Assembly: GCA_023410025.1 (NCBI GenBank)
Contig: JAEYQM010000061.1
Coordinates: 12,050-76,049 of the forward strand
Reading direction: 5' to 3'
From: Bacillota bacterium
GTDB taxonomy: Bacteria > Bacillota_I > Bacilli_A > ML615J-28 > CAG-698
DNA length: 64,000 bases
Shown here: piece by piece, positions 28,776-38,652 of the stretch
How positions within the stretch are numbered: the first letter of the stretch is position 1
Layout: every line of letters begins with the position of its first letter
Program-made: the position numbers and the translations under genes
Notes under the pieces: model-generated
Databases searched by the model: none
What the model saw: only the letters and a program-made list of their open reading frames with translations
What the model was told of the DNA's origin: nothing

Positions 28776-30008
28776 ATGATCTTTTTCGATTTCGAAATAC
28801 AAAACTACTTTAAGAGTAATAAATATTTAATAGCAATTGTTAATTACTCTAGGAAAAAAAGTAAAATAAGTAAAAAACAGATGCAAAAAGATAACCTTAT
28901 CTCTCATGCAACATTTAGAAGAGCAGAAGTGACCGATTTTGTCGGTCACTCTGAACTTTTAAATAAACTTGCTTTTTATTTTAATATTCCAATTGATTAT
29001 GATATGAATTTAATAAATGAAATAAATGATTATTTCAATCAATTTTATACATATTTGTATTTTAATCAACTTGATAAAATGAAAGAATATTATCAAAAAA
29101 TAGAATCAAAGAAAAGCATGATGGAAAATAGTATCTTATTATCAATCTATCACTTTGCTAGGGTTATTTATTATATAAGTTCACCAAAGCGAGTTGAAAT
29201 TGACGCAATATCTGAATCTCTTGAACAATTAGAATTATTTAGAGAAGATCTAACTGATATTTTTCAATTTTTATTAGATCAATATACGTATTACTTTTAT
29301 TCATTAAATCATCAGTCAGAAAATGCAATTAAGTATTATGATAAAGTATATACAGAATCAAAAAAATTTCCACGTCACATCCCGCTAGTTTTATATCAAA
29401 TGGCATTAAATCATTATTTTGTAAATGATTATGCTAATTCTATTTTTTATTCAATTGAAGCATTAGAAAAATTAGAAGCTGATTTAAACTATAGTAGAGC
29501 ATTGTTATGCAATTTAAACATTGCCATTTGTTTTGAACGTTTAGACAACACAGTAAAGAGCAAAGAAATTATTAATAAGATATACTTGCATATGGTTGTC
29601 AATGATAACCCAAGAACAAGATATCTAGCTGATTTAACACTTGCCAACTGTTATGTAACAGAAAAAAATTATGAACTTGCCATTGAAAAATTTACCAATC
29701 TTGAATCAACAAGGCAAGTCAAAGGTGAAAACTCTTTAATGATAATTTATTGTTATTATAAATTAGGTAAAGAAGAAGAACTTAAAAAACTTGCAAGTTT
29801 TCTTCATAAAGAAAGAGAAAACAAAAATTTCTTCTATGGTTATGATGATCTTGTTATTTTATTTGAAGAATTATTAAGTAGAAATAAGAAGAGTATCTTC
29901 AATAAATTTTTGATTGCTCAAAAGAGCTTCCCAGCATATAGCGATTCAAAAATTGTCGATCTAGTATTTAAAGAATTAAAAGCGAGAAAGATTATTCAAA
30001 AGAGCTAG
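28776..30008 (+). CDS. cytoplasmic HTH (XRE-like) + TPR-like repeat regulator, RNPP-like architecture
   Basis: RBS GGGAGG. The N-terminus KISKKQMQKDNLISHATFRRAEV...LLNKLAFYFNIPID resembles HTH_3. The remaining ~330 aa form helical repeat units rich in Y/F/L/A in TPR-like spacing. There is no signal peptide or TM. Confidence 0.6.
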   Translation: MIFFDFEIQNYFKSNKYLIAIVNYSRKKSKISKKQMQKDNLISHATFRRAEVTDFVGHSELLNKLAFYFNIPIDYDMNLINEINDYFNQFYTYLYFNQLDKMKEYYQKIESKKSMMENSILLSIYHFARVIYYISSPKRVEIDAISESLEQLELFREDLTDIFQFLLDQYTYYFYSLNHQSENAIKYYDKVYTESKKFPRHIPLVLYQMALNHYFVNDYANSIFYSIEALEKLEADLNYSRALLCNLNIAICFERLDNTVKSKEIINKIYLHMVVNDNPRTRYLADLTLANCYVTEKNYELAIEKFTNLESTRQVKGENSLMIIYCYYKLGKEEELKKLASFLHKERENKNFFYGYDDLVILFEELLSRNKKSIFNKFLIAQKSFPAYSDSKIVDLVFKELKARKIIQKS

Positions 30009-30056
30009 TCCCTACCCAACATTAAATTATAACAATTACTAGTTTAGGAGAATAAG

Positions 30057-31127
30057 ATGAAAGATAAAATAGTACATCATATAAGAAGAATTAGTAAAAA
30101 ATCTAAAATGAACGATGAAAATTATTTACAAAAAATTATTAATTCTTCCATTGATTATTTTTATGAATTAATTAATGTAGGTTACTCACATTTCTTGAGT
30201 TATAAAATAGTTATTAGAAAATCCAAACACTTAATTAATGAGATTCAGAAAACGCAAAACTACAAACATAATACTACATTATACTTAATTGGAATATTAC
30301 TTGCTGCAACAAATTATGTGCTATTTTTTCTGCTAAATCGAAACATTAGTCATATATTTATTTTTGATTGCTTTGTAATAATAGCAATCTTTTTATTTTA
30401 TTTATTTTTATTTAAAAATAATATTAATAAATTATTTAAAGATAAATTAAAAAAATTTCTTGTACTAACAATTTCTAATATATTAATTTATTATTTGCTG
30501 ACCACTATTTTAAAATTAAACTTTTATATAGTAATTAGTATTCTCTTAGCATTAAGTAATATAATATGGTGCATAAATCAAAAAAAAGGTGGAAATATAT
30601 TATTAGTAACTATACCATCATTATTATTTTTTATATTTGTAAGTTATAATAATATTTTTAAAATTAATAATATTAATTTGCTTTTAATAATAATGGTAAG
30701 CTCATTTTTCTATTTTTTTATTAATGTAAATTTTAAATATCTTCATAATTTATACTTATTTATTCTAACAATAATTTTTATTGTAGTTATAAATATGTAT
30801 AGACCATTTATCGAAATCGTATATTTATACGTATTAATTTATGCATTATTATCCTTTCTAATTATTAAGCGTGTTTCCAAGATTATTACAAGAGAAGACT
30901 ATAAAACTATATACAAATTATTTCTTTTCGCATTAATCTTTATTTACTGTCTTGATATTGGAATTGGTATTGCTAAAGATATAGAAACTTCACTTATTAG
31001 TAATGATGAATTTATTTCTTTTATTTTATTTATTGAAATTACTGAATTAATATATGCATTTAATATTAGTTTTTTTAGTTTTAGTGATGAAATAAAATTA
31101 AAAGAATTAATAAACTCAACTTACTAG
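30057..31127 (+). CDS. polytopic membrane protein (about 10 TM), unknown function
   Basis: The 356-aa ORF with RBS AGGAG is extremely I/F/L/N/K rich. It is the last gene before a terminator. Confidence 0.55.
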   Translation: MKDKIVHHIRRISKKSKMNDENYLQKIINSSIDYFYELINVGYSHFLSYKIVIRKSKHLINEIQKTQNYKHNTTLYLIGILLAATNYVLFFLLNRNISHIFIFDCFVIIAIFLFYLFLFKNNINKLFKDKLKKFLVLTISNILIYYLLTTILKLNFYIVISILLALSNIIWCINQKKGGNILLVTIPSLLFFIFVSYNNIFKINNINLLLIIMVSSFFYFFINVNFKYLHNLYLFILTIIFIVVINMYRPFIEIVYLYVLIYALLSFLIIKRVSKIITREDYKTIYKLFLFALIFIYCLDIGIGIAKDIETSLISNDEFISFILFIEITELIYAFNISFFSFSDEIKLKELINSTY

Positions 31128-31142
31128 AAGTTGAGTTTGTTA
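31112..31142 (+). terminator. terminator closing the peptide/regulator/membrane cassette
   Basis: AAACTCAACTT / ACTAG / AAGTTGAGTTT forms an 11-bp perfect stem with the stop codon in the loop. The T-run is weak (TTTGTT). Confidence 0.55.
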
Positions 31143-31206
31143 ATGGAGATAAATAGTTTGCTAATTTACTTATTATTTGATATAATAGTAGAGGTCAGGT
31201 GAGTTC

Positions 31207-31836
31207 ATGAAGAAGCAAATAAATTATTTTGAGCGTGTTGTAGTGCTGGTGATTGGTGTTTTTATTATAGCATTTGGAGCAACACTACTCGTTAAATCCG
31301 ATATTGGTGGCGACTCAATTCTGGTATTACAAGAAGGGTTTACACATTTGATTGGACTTGATATTAGTAAATTGGGTACAGGTATTTTAATATTAAATTC
31401 TTTTTTAATTATAGTTTTATTTTTTATGAACAAAAGAATGGTTAATATAGGAACCTTTGTTATATCACTTTTAATGGGGCCTTTAGTTACTTTATATTTA
31501 AAAATTCCTTTCTTAGTTACACCAGATACCTTTCTTTTTAAGTTTATTGTTACCATTACAGGTATTGTTATATCAAGTTTAGGAGTGGCAATTTATATAT
31601 TTGCTAATGTTGGTTATTCACCATATGAAGGAATTATATTAACTATTAAAGATAAATTTAATTTGCGTTTTGCTTATGTAAAGATTGCTGCAGACATTGC
31701 CATGTTTTCTATTGGTGCAATCTTAGGTGGTACATTTGGGGTTGGTTCAATAATGACAATAATATTGTTTGGCCCCCTAATTGATATCTTTGGAAAATTA
31801 ATTAATTTAAAATTGACTACTGAAAAACCACAATAA
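31207..31836 (+). CDS. YczE/YitT-like membrane protein
   Basis: The 209-aa product has 5-6 TM segments. The N-terminal pattern VLVIGVFIIAFGATLLVKSDIGGDS resembles the YczE/DUF6198 family. Confidence 0.45.
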   Translation: MKKQINYFERVVVLVIGVFIIAFGATLLVKSDIGGDSILVLQEGFTHLIGLDISKLGTGILILNSFLIIVLFFMNKRMVNIGTFVISLLMGPLVTLYLKIPFLVTPDTFLFKFIVTITGIVISSLGVAIYIFANVGYSPYEGIILTIKDKFNLRFAYVKIAADIAMFSIGAILGGTFGVGSIMTIILFGPLIDIFGKLINLKLTTEKPQ

Positions 31837-31848
31837 GTGGTTTTTTTA
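31823..31848 (+). terminator. rho-independent terminator
   Basis: AAAAACCAC / AATAA / GTGGTTTTT followed by a T-run. Confidence 0.7.
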
Positions 31849-31852
31849 ATTT

Positions 31853-31876
31853 ATAAAAAAAAGAGCATAAGCTCTT
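31853..31876 (-). terminator. terminator of zwf (minus strand)
   Basis: On the minus strand: AAGAGC / TTAT / GCTCTT followed by T8. Confidence 0.65.
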
Positions 31877-33310
31877 TTAGTTTTCAAAATTTTTCCATTC
31901 TGTTTTATCTTTTTCTAGTAGAATAGAACTATCATCTGGTCCCCAAGATCCCGATTTATAATTAGGAAATTTTGGCTTAGTATTATTCCATCCATTTATT
32001 ATTGAATCAATAAACTCCCATGAATTTTCAACTTCATCCCATCTAGTAAATAGATTGGAATCACCTTTAATTATATCAAAAAATAGGATCTCATAAGCTT
32101 CCGGATGATTATTTGGTATCTGACAGTTCTGACAATAAGTCATATTAACAGAATTTATGTTTTGAATTAATCCAGGAAGTTTTGTATTAAAGTGAATACT
32201 AATATCTTCATTAGGTTGTATATTAATAACTAAATAATTTGGTTGCTCCAAGTTTCCATATAAATTATCAAGAGTTGGTTTAAATTCAATGACAATTTGA
32301 GTTAATTTATCTTTTAACTTTTTACCTGTTCTAATATAAATGGGAACATTATTCCATCTTGAGTTATTAATATATGTTTTAATAGCGACATATGTTTCTG
32401 TATTTGATTCACTACTTACTTTTTGCTCAGTTCGATAATTATCATATTGTCCTCTAACAACATAATCATTAACTTCATTAACTTCATATTTTTTTAAGGA
32501 TTTTAAAACTTTTACTTTTTCATCTTTTATATCTTTTGCATTTAATGATTTTGGTTTATCCATTGTAATTAATGTCAGTAGTTGCAATAAATGACTTTGA
32601 ACCATATCTCTTATGGCCCCTGATGTTTCATAAAATTCACCACGCAAACCAATTCCGATTGATTCAGAGGAAGTAATTTGAATTTCTTTTATAAACTTAT
32701 TGTTCCAAATGGGTTCAAAAATAGTATTTCCAAAACGAAGAACCATAATGTTTTGAAACATTTCCTTTGCAAGATAATGATCAATTCTGTAAATTCTTTC
32801 TTCATCAAAAGCCGTAAGGATTTTACTATTTAAAATTTTTGATGTTGCAAGATCACTTCCAAAAGGTTTTTCAATAACTAATTTTGGCCATGAATTATTA
32901 TAACTATTCATTTTATGAATTCTTAGTTCATCAACAATTAACCCAAAATATTCAGGGGCTACTGCTAAATAGTAGACTCTTTTTTCATTTATTTTATTAT
33001 CACTAAATGTGTTAAGATATTTATCTAAACCTATGTACTCATCTTTGTTTTTAAAATCCATTTTATAATAATGTATTTTATACTTAAAATTTTCCCAATT
33101 TGGCATTTCCATAAGATTTCTTGAGTATTCATTAAGTGATTCATATACTTCACTATGATACTCATCGATGGTATAATCTCTTCTACCCACTCCAACAATT
33201 CTAATATCTTCATCTAGGGAATTACTTATAGAAAGATTATATAGAGCCGGTATTAATTTGCGTTTTGATAGATCACCATTTGCACCAAATATAACAATTG
33301 TATAACTCAT
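31877..33310 (-). CDS. zwf: glucose-6-phosphate 1-dehydrogenase
   Basis: Motifs IFGANGDLSKRKLIPALY, EKPFG and RIDHYLAKE are present. I prefer ATG 33310 (RBS AGGTGA) over the GTG at 33319 used by the track. Confidence 0.9.
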   Translation of the reverse strand: MSYTIVIFGANGDLSKRKLIPALYNLSISNSLDEDIRIVGVGRRDYTIDEYHSEVYESLNEYSRNLMEMPNWENFKYKIHYYKMDFKNKDEYIGLDKYLNTFSDNKINEKRVYYLAVAPEYFGLIVDELRIHKMNSYNNSWPKLVIEKPFGSDLATSKILNSKILTAFDEERIYRIDHYLAKEMFQNIMVLRFGNTIFEPIWNNKFIKEIQITSSESIGIGLRGEFYETSGAIRDMVQSHLLQLLTLITMDKPKSLNAKDIKDEKVKVLKSLKKYEVNEVNDYVVRGQYDNYRTEQKVSSESNTETYVAIKTYINNSRWNNVPIYIRTGKKLKDKLTQIVIEFKPTLDNLYGNLEQPNYLVINIQPNEDISIHFNTKLPGLIQNINSVNMTYCQNCQIPNNHPEAYEILFFDIIKGDSNLFTRWDEVENSWEFIDSIINGWNNTKPKFPNYKSGSWGPDDSSILLEKDKTEWKNFEN

Positions 33311-33319
33311 ATTATTCAC

Positions 33320-34216
33320 CTATTTTTTTGTAACAGCATGACCACCAAATTCATTCCTTAGAGCCGCAATTACTTTTCCTGAGAATGTGTCATCTTGTTG
33401 TGAACGATATCTTACAAATAGTGAAGATGTGATAACAGGTGCAGGAACATTTAATTCTAATGCTTCCTGAACTGTCCATAAGCCTTCACCAGATGAATCA
33501 ACTCTACCCTTAATTGCATCAAGATTTGGATCCTTATTAAAAGCATTAACCATTAATTCCATTAACCAGCCTCTAATAACTGAACCATTATTCCAAACTT
33601 TTGCAACCTTTTCATAGTCTAAATTAAATTGACTTTTTTCAAGAATTTCAAATCCCTCAGCCATAGCTTGAAGCATTCCATATTCAATGCCATTATGAAC
33701 CATCTTAACAAAATGGCCACTTCCATTTTCCCCACAATGTAAGTATCCATCTTCAACACATACTGACTTTACTAAAGGTTCAATTTTTAGAAAGATTTCC
33801 TTACTACATCCAATCATCATACAAGCACCATTTCTTGCTCCACTTGTACCACCACTTGTACCTATATCAACAAAATTAATACCTAATTCAGTTAGTTCTT
33901 TATATCTTCTAAGGGTATCTTTGTAATTAGAGTTACCCCCATCAATTAATGTATCACCTTTATCAAGCAATGGAACTAAACCATTAATTACATCATCAAC
34001 TGATTTTCCAGAAGGAACCATAATCCAAATAAAACGTGGCTTTGCTAGATTCATCACAAGTTCTTCCAAAGAATAAACTCCTTTTAAACCAATTGAAGCA
34101 AGTTCTAAAGTTTTATCAGGTGTTCTATTAAAACAAACAACTTTATGTTTTTTATCATGCATATTTAGGGCTAGATTAAAGCCCATTTTACCTAATCCTA
34201 CTAATCCAATTTCCAT
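33320..34216 (-). CDS. gnd: 6-phosphogluconate dehydrogenase, short (~300 aa, YqeC/Gnd-like) form
   Basis: It has the Rossmann motif GLVGLGKMGFNLALN and the patterns GGNSNY and HFVKMVHNGIEYG. It abuts zwf. Confidence 0.8.
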   Translation of the reverse strand: MEIGLVGLGKMGFNLALNMHDKKHKVVCFNRTPDKTLELASIGLKGVYSLEELVMNLAKPRFIWIMVPSGKSVDDVINGLVPLLDKGDTLIDGGNSNYKDTLRRYKELTELGINFVDIGTSGGTSGARNGACMMIGCSKEIFLKIEPLVKSVCVEDGYLHCGENGSGHFVKMVHNGIEYGMLQAMAEGFEILEKSQFNLDYEKVAKVWNNGSVIRGWLMELMVNAFNKDPNLDAIKGRVDSSGEGLWTVQEALELNVPAPVITSSLFVRYRSQQDDTFSGKVIAALRNEFGGHAVTKK

Positions 34217-34449
34217 ATTATATTATCTCCTTTTTTTAATTTATATAGATAATTATAAACCAATTTTTAAAAAAACACAATTAAAGGGCTTTTTATTAAA
34301 AAACGTCCTTAATGTATTTTACGTTTGGGGAATAAATTTATTCACGACATATATGAAAAACGATTTAAAAGTAAAAATAATACTTAAAACGACATTTTAA
34401 AACTATAATAAAAAAGTTAACCACTCATATATTGTTATAGAGGTAGTGT

Positions 34450-36105
34450 ATGAAAAGTAACTGGATTTACGATGAAATAATGAGTTTGATCGAAAAAAAC
34501 AAACATGAATTAAATATTGAATGCGCAGGTAGTGAACTTTTGCTATTGTCGCTAATGCAACTTAAAGATTCACTAACTAGTCTACTCTTAAAAGAGTTCA
34601 TGATTAAAGAAGAGGATATTAAAATACAAATCAAGAATTCTTTGTATTTTAGAAAGAACCTCTTCACAGCAAAATATTACGAAATTATAAATTACGCTAA
34701 CAAATTACTGAGTCAAAATGAATATACATACGATGAACCATATTTACTTGCCATTGTTAAGTGTCAAGATAATATAGCCTATGATATTTTAAAAAAATAT
34801 GGAATTACAGAAAAAATAATATGTGAAGAAGTAGAACATGTTAGTGAATATATACAAAAGGATAATAAAATGTTAATAAATTATACAAAACTAGCGGAAG
34901 AAGAAAAGTTAAATTTATTAATTGGCCGTGAGGAAATACTTGAAAAAATGGAAAGAATTCTTTTCAAAAAGCAAAAGAATAATCCCTTATTAATAGGTGA
35001 GGCTGGTGTTGGTAAGACGGGTTTAGTAGAGGGCCTAGCCTACCTATTTTTAGAAAAATATCCACATATAACTATTTATAGTCTTGATGTAAGTATGTTA
35101 ATGGCAGGAACTAGATACCGTGGTGATCTAGAAGAAAAATTAATTGATGTAATTGAGGAAATAAAAGATGAAAATGCAATTATATTTATTGATGAAATTC
35201 ATAATATTACCGCTAATAACTCAAGTGAAGCAAGTCTTGATATAGCTAGTATTTTAAAACCAGTTCTAGCAAGAAGTGAAATTAAATGTATCGGAGCAAC
35301 AACATTAGAAGAATATTATAAATATATTGATAAGGATAAAGCCTTATCTAGAAGATTTGTAAGTATTTTTGTACCTGAGGTAAGTAAAGAGGAATGTGTA
35401 AATATCCTAGAAGAAATAAAGTTTCGTTACGAAAGATATTATGGAGTTAAGTACCTTAGTAGTGTAATTAAATATTTAGTTAAATTATCAGAATTAATTG
35501 TTAATAGACGCTTCCCTGATAAGGCAATTGACGTGATGGATGAAGCAGGGGTCCTTGCAAAGAATTCTTTTAAAAAACAAGTTACTAAAAAGCATATTGA
35601 TAAAATAGTCTTTGATCATATTGGTTTAAACAAAGAAAAAATATTAAAAAACTTAAATATTTATAAACCTATATATCAAAAAGAAATTAAAAACTATTTG
35701 GAAAATGAAAGTTCAAACTATGTTTTAAAGCTATATAGCAATGACTATAAGAAAGATGTAAATGATATACTTAATATTTTTTCTGTAAGCAATGAGGCTT
35801 TACTAATAATAGATATTGATGATTATAATGATAATAGTCAAATTAATAATCTCTTAGGTTCACCTTCAGGGTATGTAGGATATGAAAATGGGGGAATCCT
35901 TACTGAACATATCTATAAACATCCCTTCAATATAGTCGTCCTATGTAATTATGAATTTGCAAATGCTTATTTTAAATCGGTTATTGAGAAAGCCTTAGAT
36001 AAAGGGTATATAATTGATTCGAAAAAAAGATATATATATTTAAAAAATACGATATTTATTATTGCTAATAGTAAAGATAATAAAAAAATTGGATTTATGA
36101 GATAA
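34450..36105 (+). CDS. ClpC/ClpA-like AAA+ protein with intact D1 and vestigial D2
   Basis: It has Clp_N-like repeats, a D1 Walker A GEAGVGKTG (34996-35019) and Walker B IIFIDEIH, plus ATTLEEYYKYIDKDKALSRRF. D2 remnants survive (LLGSPSGYVGYENGGILTE; NTIFIIANS) but the D2 Walker A and B are absent. Confidence 0.7.
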   Translation: MKSNWIYDEIMSLIEKNKHELNIECAGSELLLLSLMQLKDSLTSLLLKEFMIKEEDIKIQIKNSLYFRKNLFTAKYYEIINYANKLLSQNEYTYDEPYLLAIVKCQDNIAYDILKKYGITEKIICEEVEHVSEYIQKDNKMLINYTKLAEEEKLNLLIGREEILEKMERILFKKQKNNPLLIGEAGVGKTGLVEGLAYLFLEKYPHITIYSLDVSMLMAGTRYRGDLEEKLIDVIEEIKDENAIIFIDEIHNITANNSSEASLDIASILKPVLARSEIKCIGATTLEEYYKYIDKDKALSRRFVSIFVPEVSKEECVNILEEIKFRYERYYGVKYLSSVIKYLVKLSELIVNRRFPDKAIDVMDEAGVLAKNSFKKQVTKKHIDKIVFDHIGLNKEKILKNLNIYKPIYQKEIKNYLENESSNYVLKLYSNDYKKDVNDILNIFSVSNEALLIIDIDDYNDNSQINNLLGSPSGYVGYENGGILTEHIYKHPFNIVVLCNYEFANAYFKSVIEKALDKGYIIDSKKRYIYLKNTIFIIANSKDNKKIGFMR

Positions 36106-36198
36106 ACAATATTTAAAATTACTTATTAAATAAGCAAACGTTTTCTTGATTATTAATGCTTTCAATGGTAAAATAGAGAAAGAAAGCAGGAGTGTGTT

Positions 36199-38652
36199 AT
36201 GAAAAGATTTGCAGGATTTTTAATTTTATTAATGCTAACATTCCTTTCTGGATGTTTGATAGATAATGAAATTAATAAAGATACCACTTTAACTGGTGTG
36301 TCTAAGGTAGAAATTGGAAATGTAATTAAGTTGGATGCAAATGAAACAGAGGAAATGATATGGTCAAGTTCTAGCGAAGCAGTTGCTATGGTAATTGATG
36401 GTTATGTATTCGGGTTAAGTGAAGGTAGAACAATGATTTCTGCGACACTTGTCTCAAATCCAGATATTATTAAATCAAAATTAATTACTGTTGTTAAAAG
36501 TAGTGGACCAAATAACCAAATAATTACTATTACAGGTAACCGTGATGTTGAAATAAATAAAAGTACTGTTTTAAAAACAAATTCAACAGTTGCGATTAAA
36601 TGGGTTAGTAGTAATCCAGAAGTTGCTGCAATAGATAGTAACGGTAAAGTAGACGCTTTATCAGTTGGAACTAGTGTAATCTTTGCTTATGATGAAAATG
36701 ACTTTTTAAACTATGGTACTTTTGAAATTGAAGTTGTTAATAAAAGATTAGAAATATATGGACCAACAGAAATTGGATTAAGAGAACAACTTACTCTAAA
36801 AGCCGAAGAAGGATACAAAGTAGTATGGTTATCTAGTAATGAAACAATTATTAAAGTTGACCTAAATGGTAATCTTACAGCTTTAGATTTTGGTACAGCA
36901 ACAATTACTGCTTATGATGTTTCTAATCGTGATATTAGTGGTAGTATAACAATAACTGTTGTTCCACCTAAAAAAGGAATTGATAATAGTTATTCATATC
37001 AAAGAACAAAGATATTAAGTATTAATGAAGCAAGATATCAAATGGAGTTATTAGATGTTGATACTGTAAACTATACAGTTGATACTGAAGTATTAAAATT
37101 AGTTAATGGGGAAACTAAACCTATAACTATTCAAGATCTATACATTGGTATGGATAATGTCTATGTTGAAGTAGGGGAAGATACAAAAACAATTTCAAGA
37201 ATTTTGGTTGATGGTGAACCTAAATTTAGTAATATTAGAGTAGCAATTAGAAAAACAATTGATGATATTGCCAATGTTAGTACTTTATATCATGATCGTG
37301 TTACATTTACATTAAGTGGAAATACTGTATTAAAAACTTTTGATAACTCATCATATACAGAACTGAGCAATGGTTCAAGAATTACTATTACTATTAATAG
37401 TTCAGGTTTTATGCAAGTAAGACTAAACAACTACACAATTATTACAACTAATAAACGAATAATTTTTAGTGCAAATGATAATCAAGAAACTTCATTTACA
37501 AGTATTACAAGAGCCTCAAGAGTACCAACTTATGCTGATAATCTTGAAGTAAGTGTTGTAAATGGTAAATTGTTAGTTGTAAATGACATTGATTTAGAAA
37601 AATATCTTACTAAAGTAGTTCCTTCAGAAATGCCTTCAAGTTGGAATTTAGAAGCATTAAAAGCTCAAGCAGTAGCTGCTAGAACTTATGCTTATATGGA
37701 TATTTTAAATAAAGCAAATGATCAATATGGATATACAGTTGATGATAGTACAAAGAGTCAAGTATATAATAATACAAATCCTCAAGCAAGTACAAATCAA
37801 GCTATACTTGAAACAAAGGGAAAAATAATGATGAATGGGGAAGAAGCTATTCAAGCATACTATTACTCTTCATCTTCTGGTTTAACTGCTTCAGCCCATG
37901 AGGTATGGATTAAAGATAGTATGACTGAACCAGTTCCGTATTTAATTGGTCAAAATCTAACAAAAGATTCATCAAACAACCCATTACAATTTGATTATCA
38001 AAGTGAGGCAAGCATGCTTCAATTCTTTAAGACAATTAAAATGTACACACCAGATTTAAATTCTACATATCATCGTTGGAAAGTTACAATGACTTATGAA
38101 CAATTAACAACTACAATTAATACTAATATTAAAGTGACTTATGCTTCAACTCCTCAATTAGTTCTTACAAAAGAAGGAGAAAATTATGTGTCTAAAGCCT
38201 TACCTGAATCAATTGGTAATGTGAATGATATTTATGTTTCTGAAAGAGGAACGAGTGGAGTTGTTGTAAGTATAGATATTGTAACAACAACTGGAACCTA
38301 TCGAATTGTTAATCAATACAATATTCGTTTCACAATTAGACCAAAGGATGCTGGGTCAACTGTTAGAAGATATTATGCAAAATATACAGATTCTGATTAT
38401 GTAGGAAACGCAACAGGGGACTCAATATTACTATCAGGATTCTTTGCAATTGAAAAAGTAGCGGGAGAATTAACATTTTATGGTGGTGGAAATGGTCATG
38501 GTGTCGGTATGAGCCAATATGGTGCCAATGGTTTAGCCAATGAAGGATATAACTTTATTTATATTTTAAATACATATTATAGTCAAATTGATTTAGTCGA
38601 TATTACTAATAATTATGTACCATTAGGAAACTTTAGAGATTACTTTAAATAG
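36199..38652 (+). CDS. lipoprotein with four Big_2-like Ig domains and a C-terminal SpoIID/LytB-type domain
   Basis: Lipobox LSGC is at residues 16-19. Repeated units of type VTITGNRDVEINKSTVLK...VKWVSSNPEVAAIDSNGKV...G are present. SpoIID signatures are VVPSEMPSSWNLEALKAQAVAARTYA and GHGVGMSQYGANGLA. Confidence 0.8.
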   Translation: MKRFAGFLILLMLTFLSGCLIDNEINKDTTLTGVSKVEIGNVIKLDANETEEMIWSSSSEAVAMVIDGYVFGLSEGRTMISATLVSNPDIIKSKLITVVKSSGPNNQIITITGNRDVEINKSTVLKTNSTVAIKWVSSNPEVAAIDSNGKVDALSVGTSVIFAYDENDFLNYGTFEIEVVNKRLEIYGPTEIGLREQLTLKAEEGYKVVWLSSNETIIKVDLNGNLTALDFGTATITAYDVSNRDISGSITITVVPPKKGIDNSYSYQRTKILSINEARYQMELLDVDTVNYTVDTEVLKLVNGETKPITIQDLYIGMDNVYVEVGEDTKTISRILVDGEPKFSNIRVAIRKTIDDIANVSTLYHDRVTFTLSGNTVLKTFDNSSYTELSNGSRITITINSSGFMQVRLNNYTIITTNKRIIFSANDNQETSFTSITRASRVPTYADNLEVSVVNGKLLVVNDIDLEKYLTKVVPSEMPSSWNLEALKAQAVAARTYAYMDILNKANDQYGYTVDDSTKSQVYNNTNPQASTNQAILETKGKIMMNGEEAIQAYYYSSSSGLTASAHEVWIKDSMTEPVPYLIGQNLTKDSSNNPLQFDYQSEASMLQFFKTIKMYTPDLNSTYHRWKVTMTYEQLTTTINTNIKVTYASTPQLVLTKEGENYVSKALPESIGNVNDIYVSERGTSGVVVSIDIVTTTGTYRIVNQYNIRFTIRPKDAGSTVRRYYAKYTDSDYVGNATGDSILLSGFFAIEKVAGELTFYGGGNGHGVGMSQYGANGLANEGYNFIYILNTYYSQIDLVDITNNYVPLGNFRDYFK

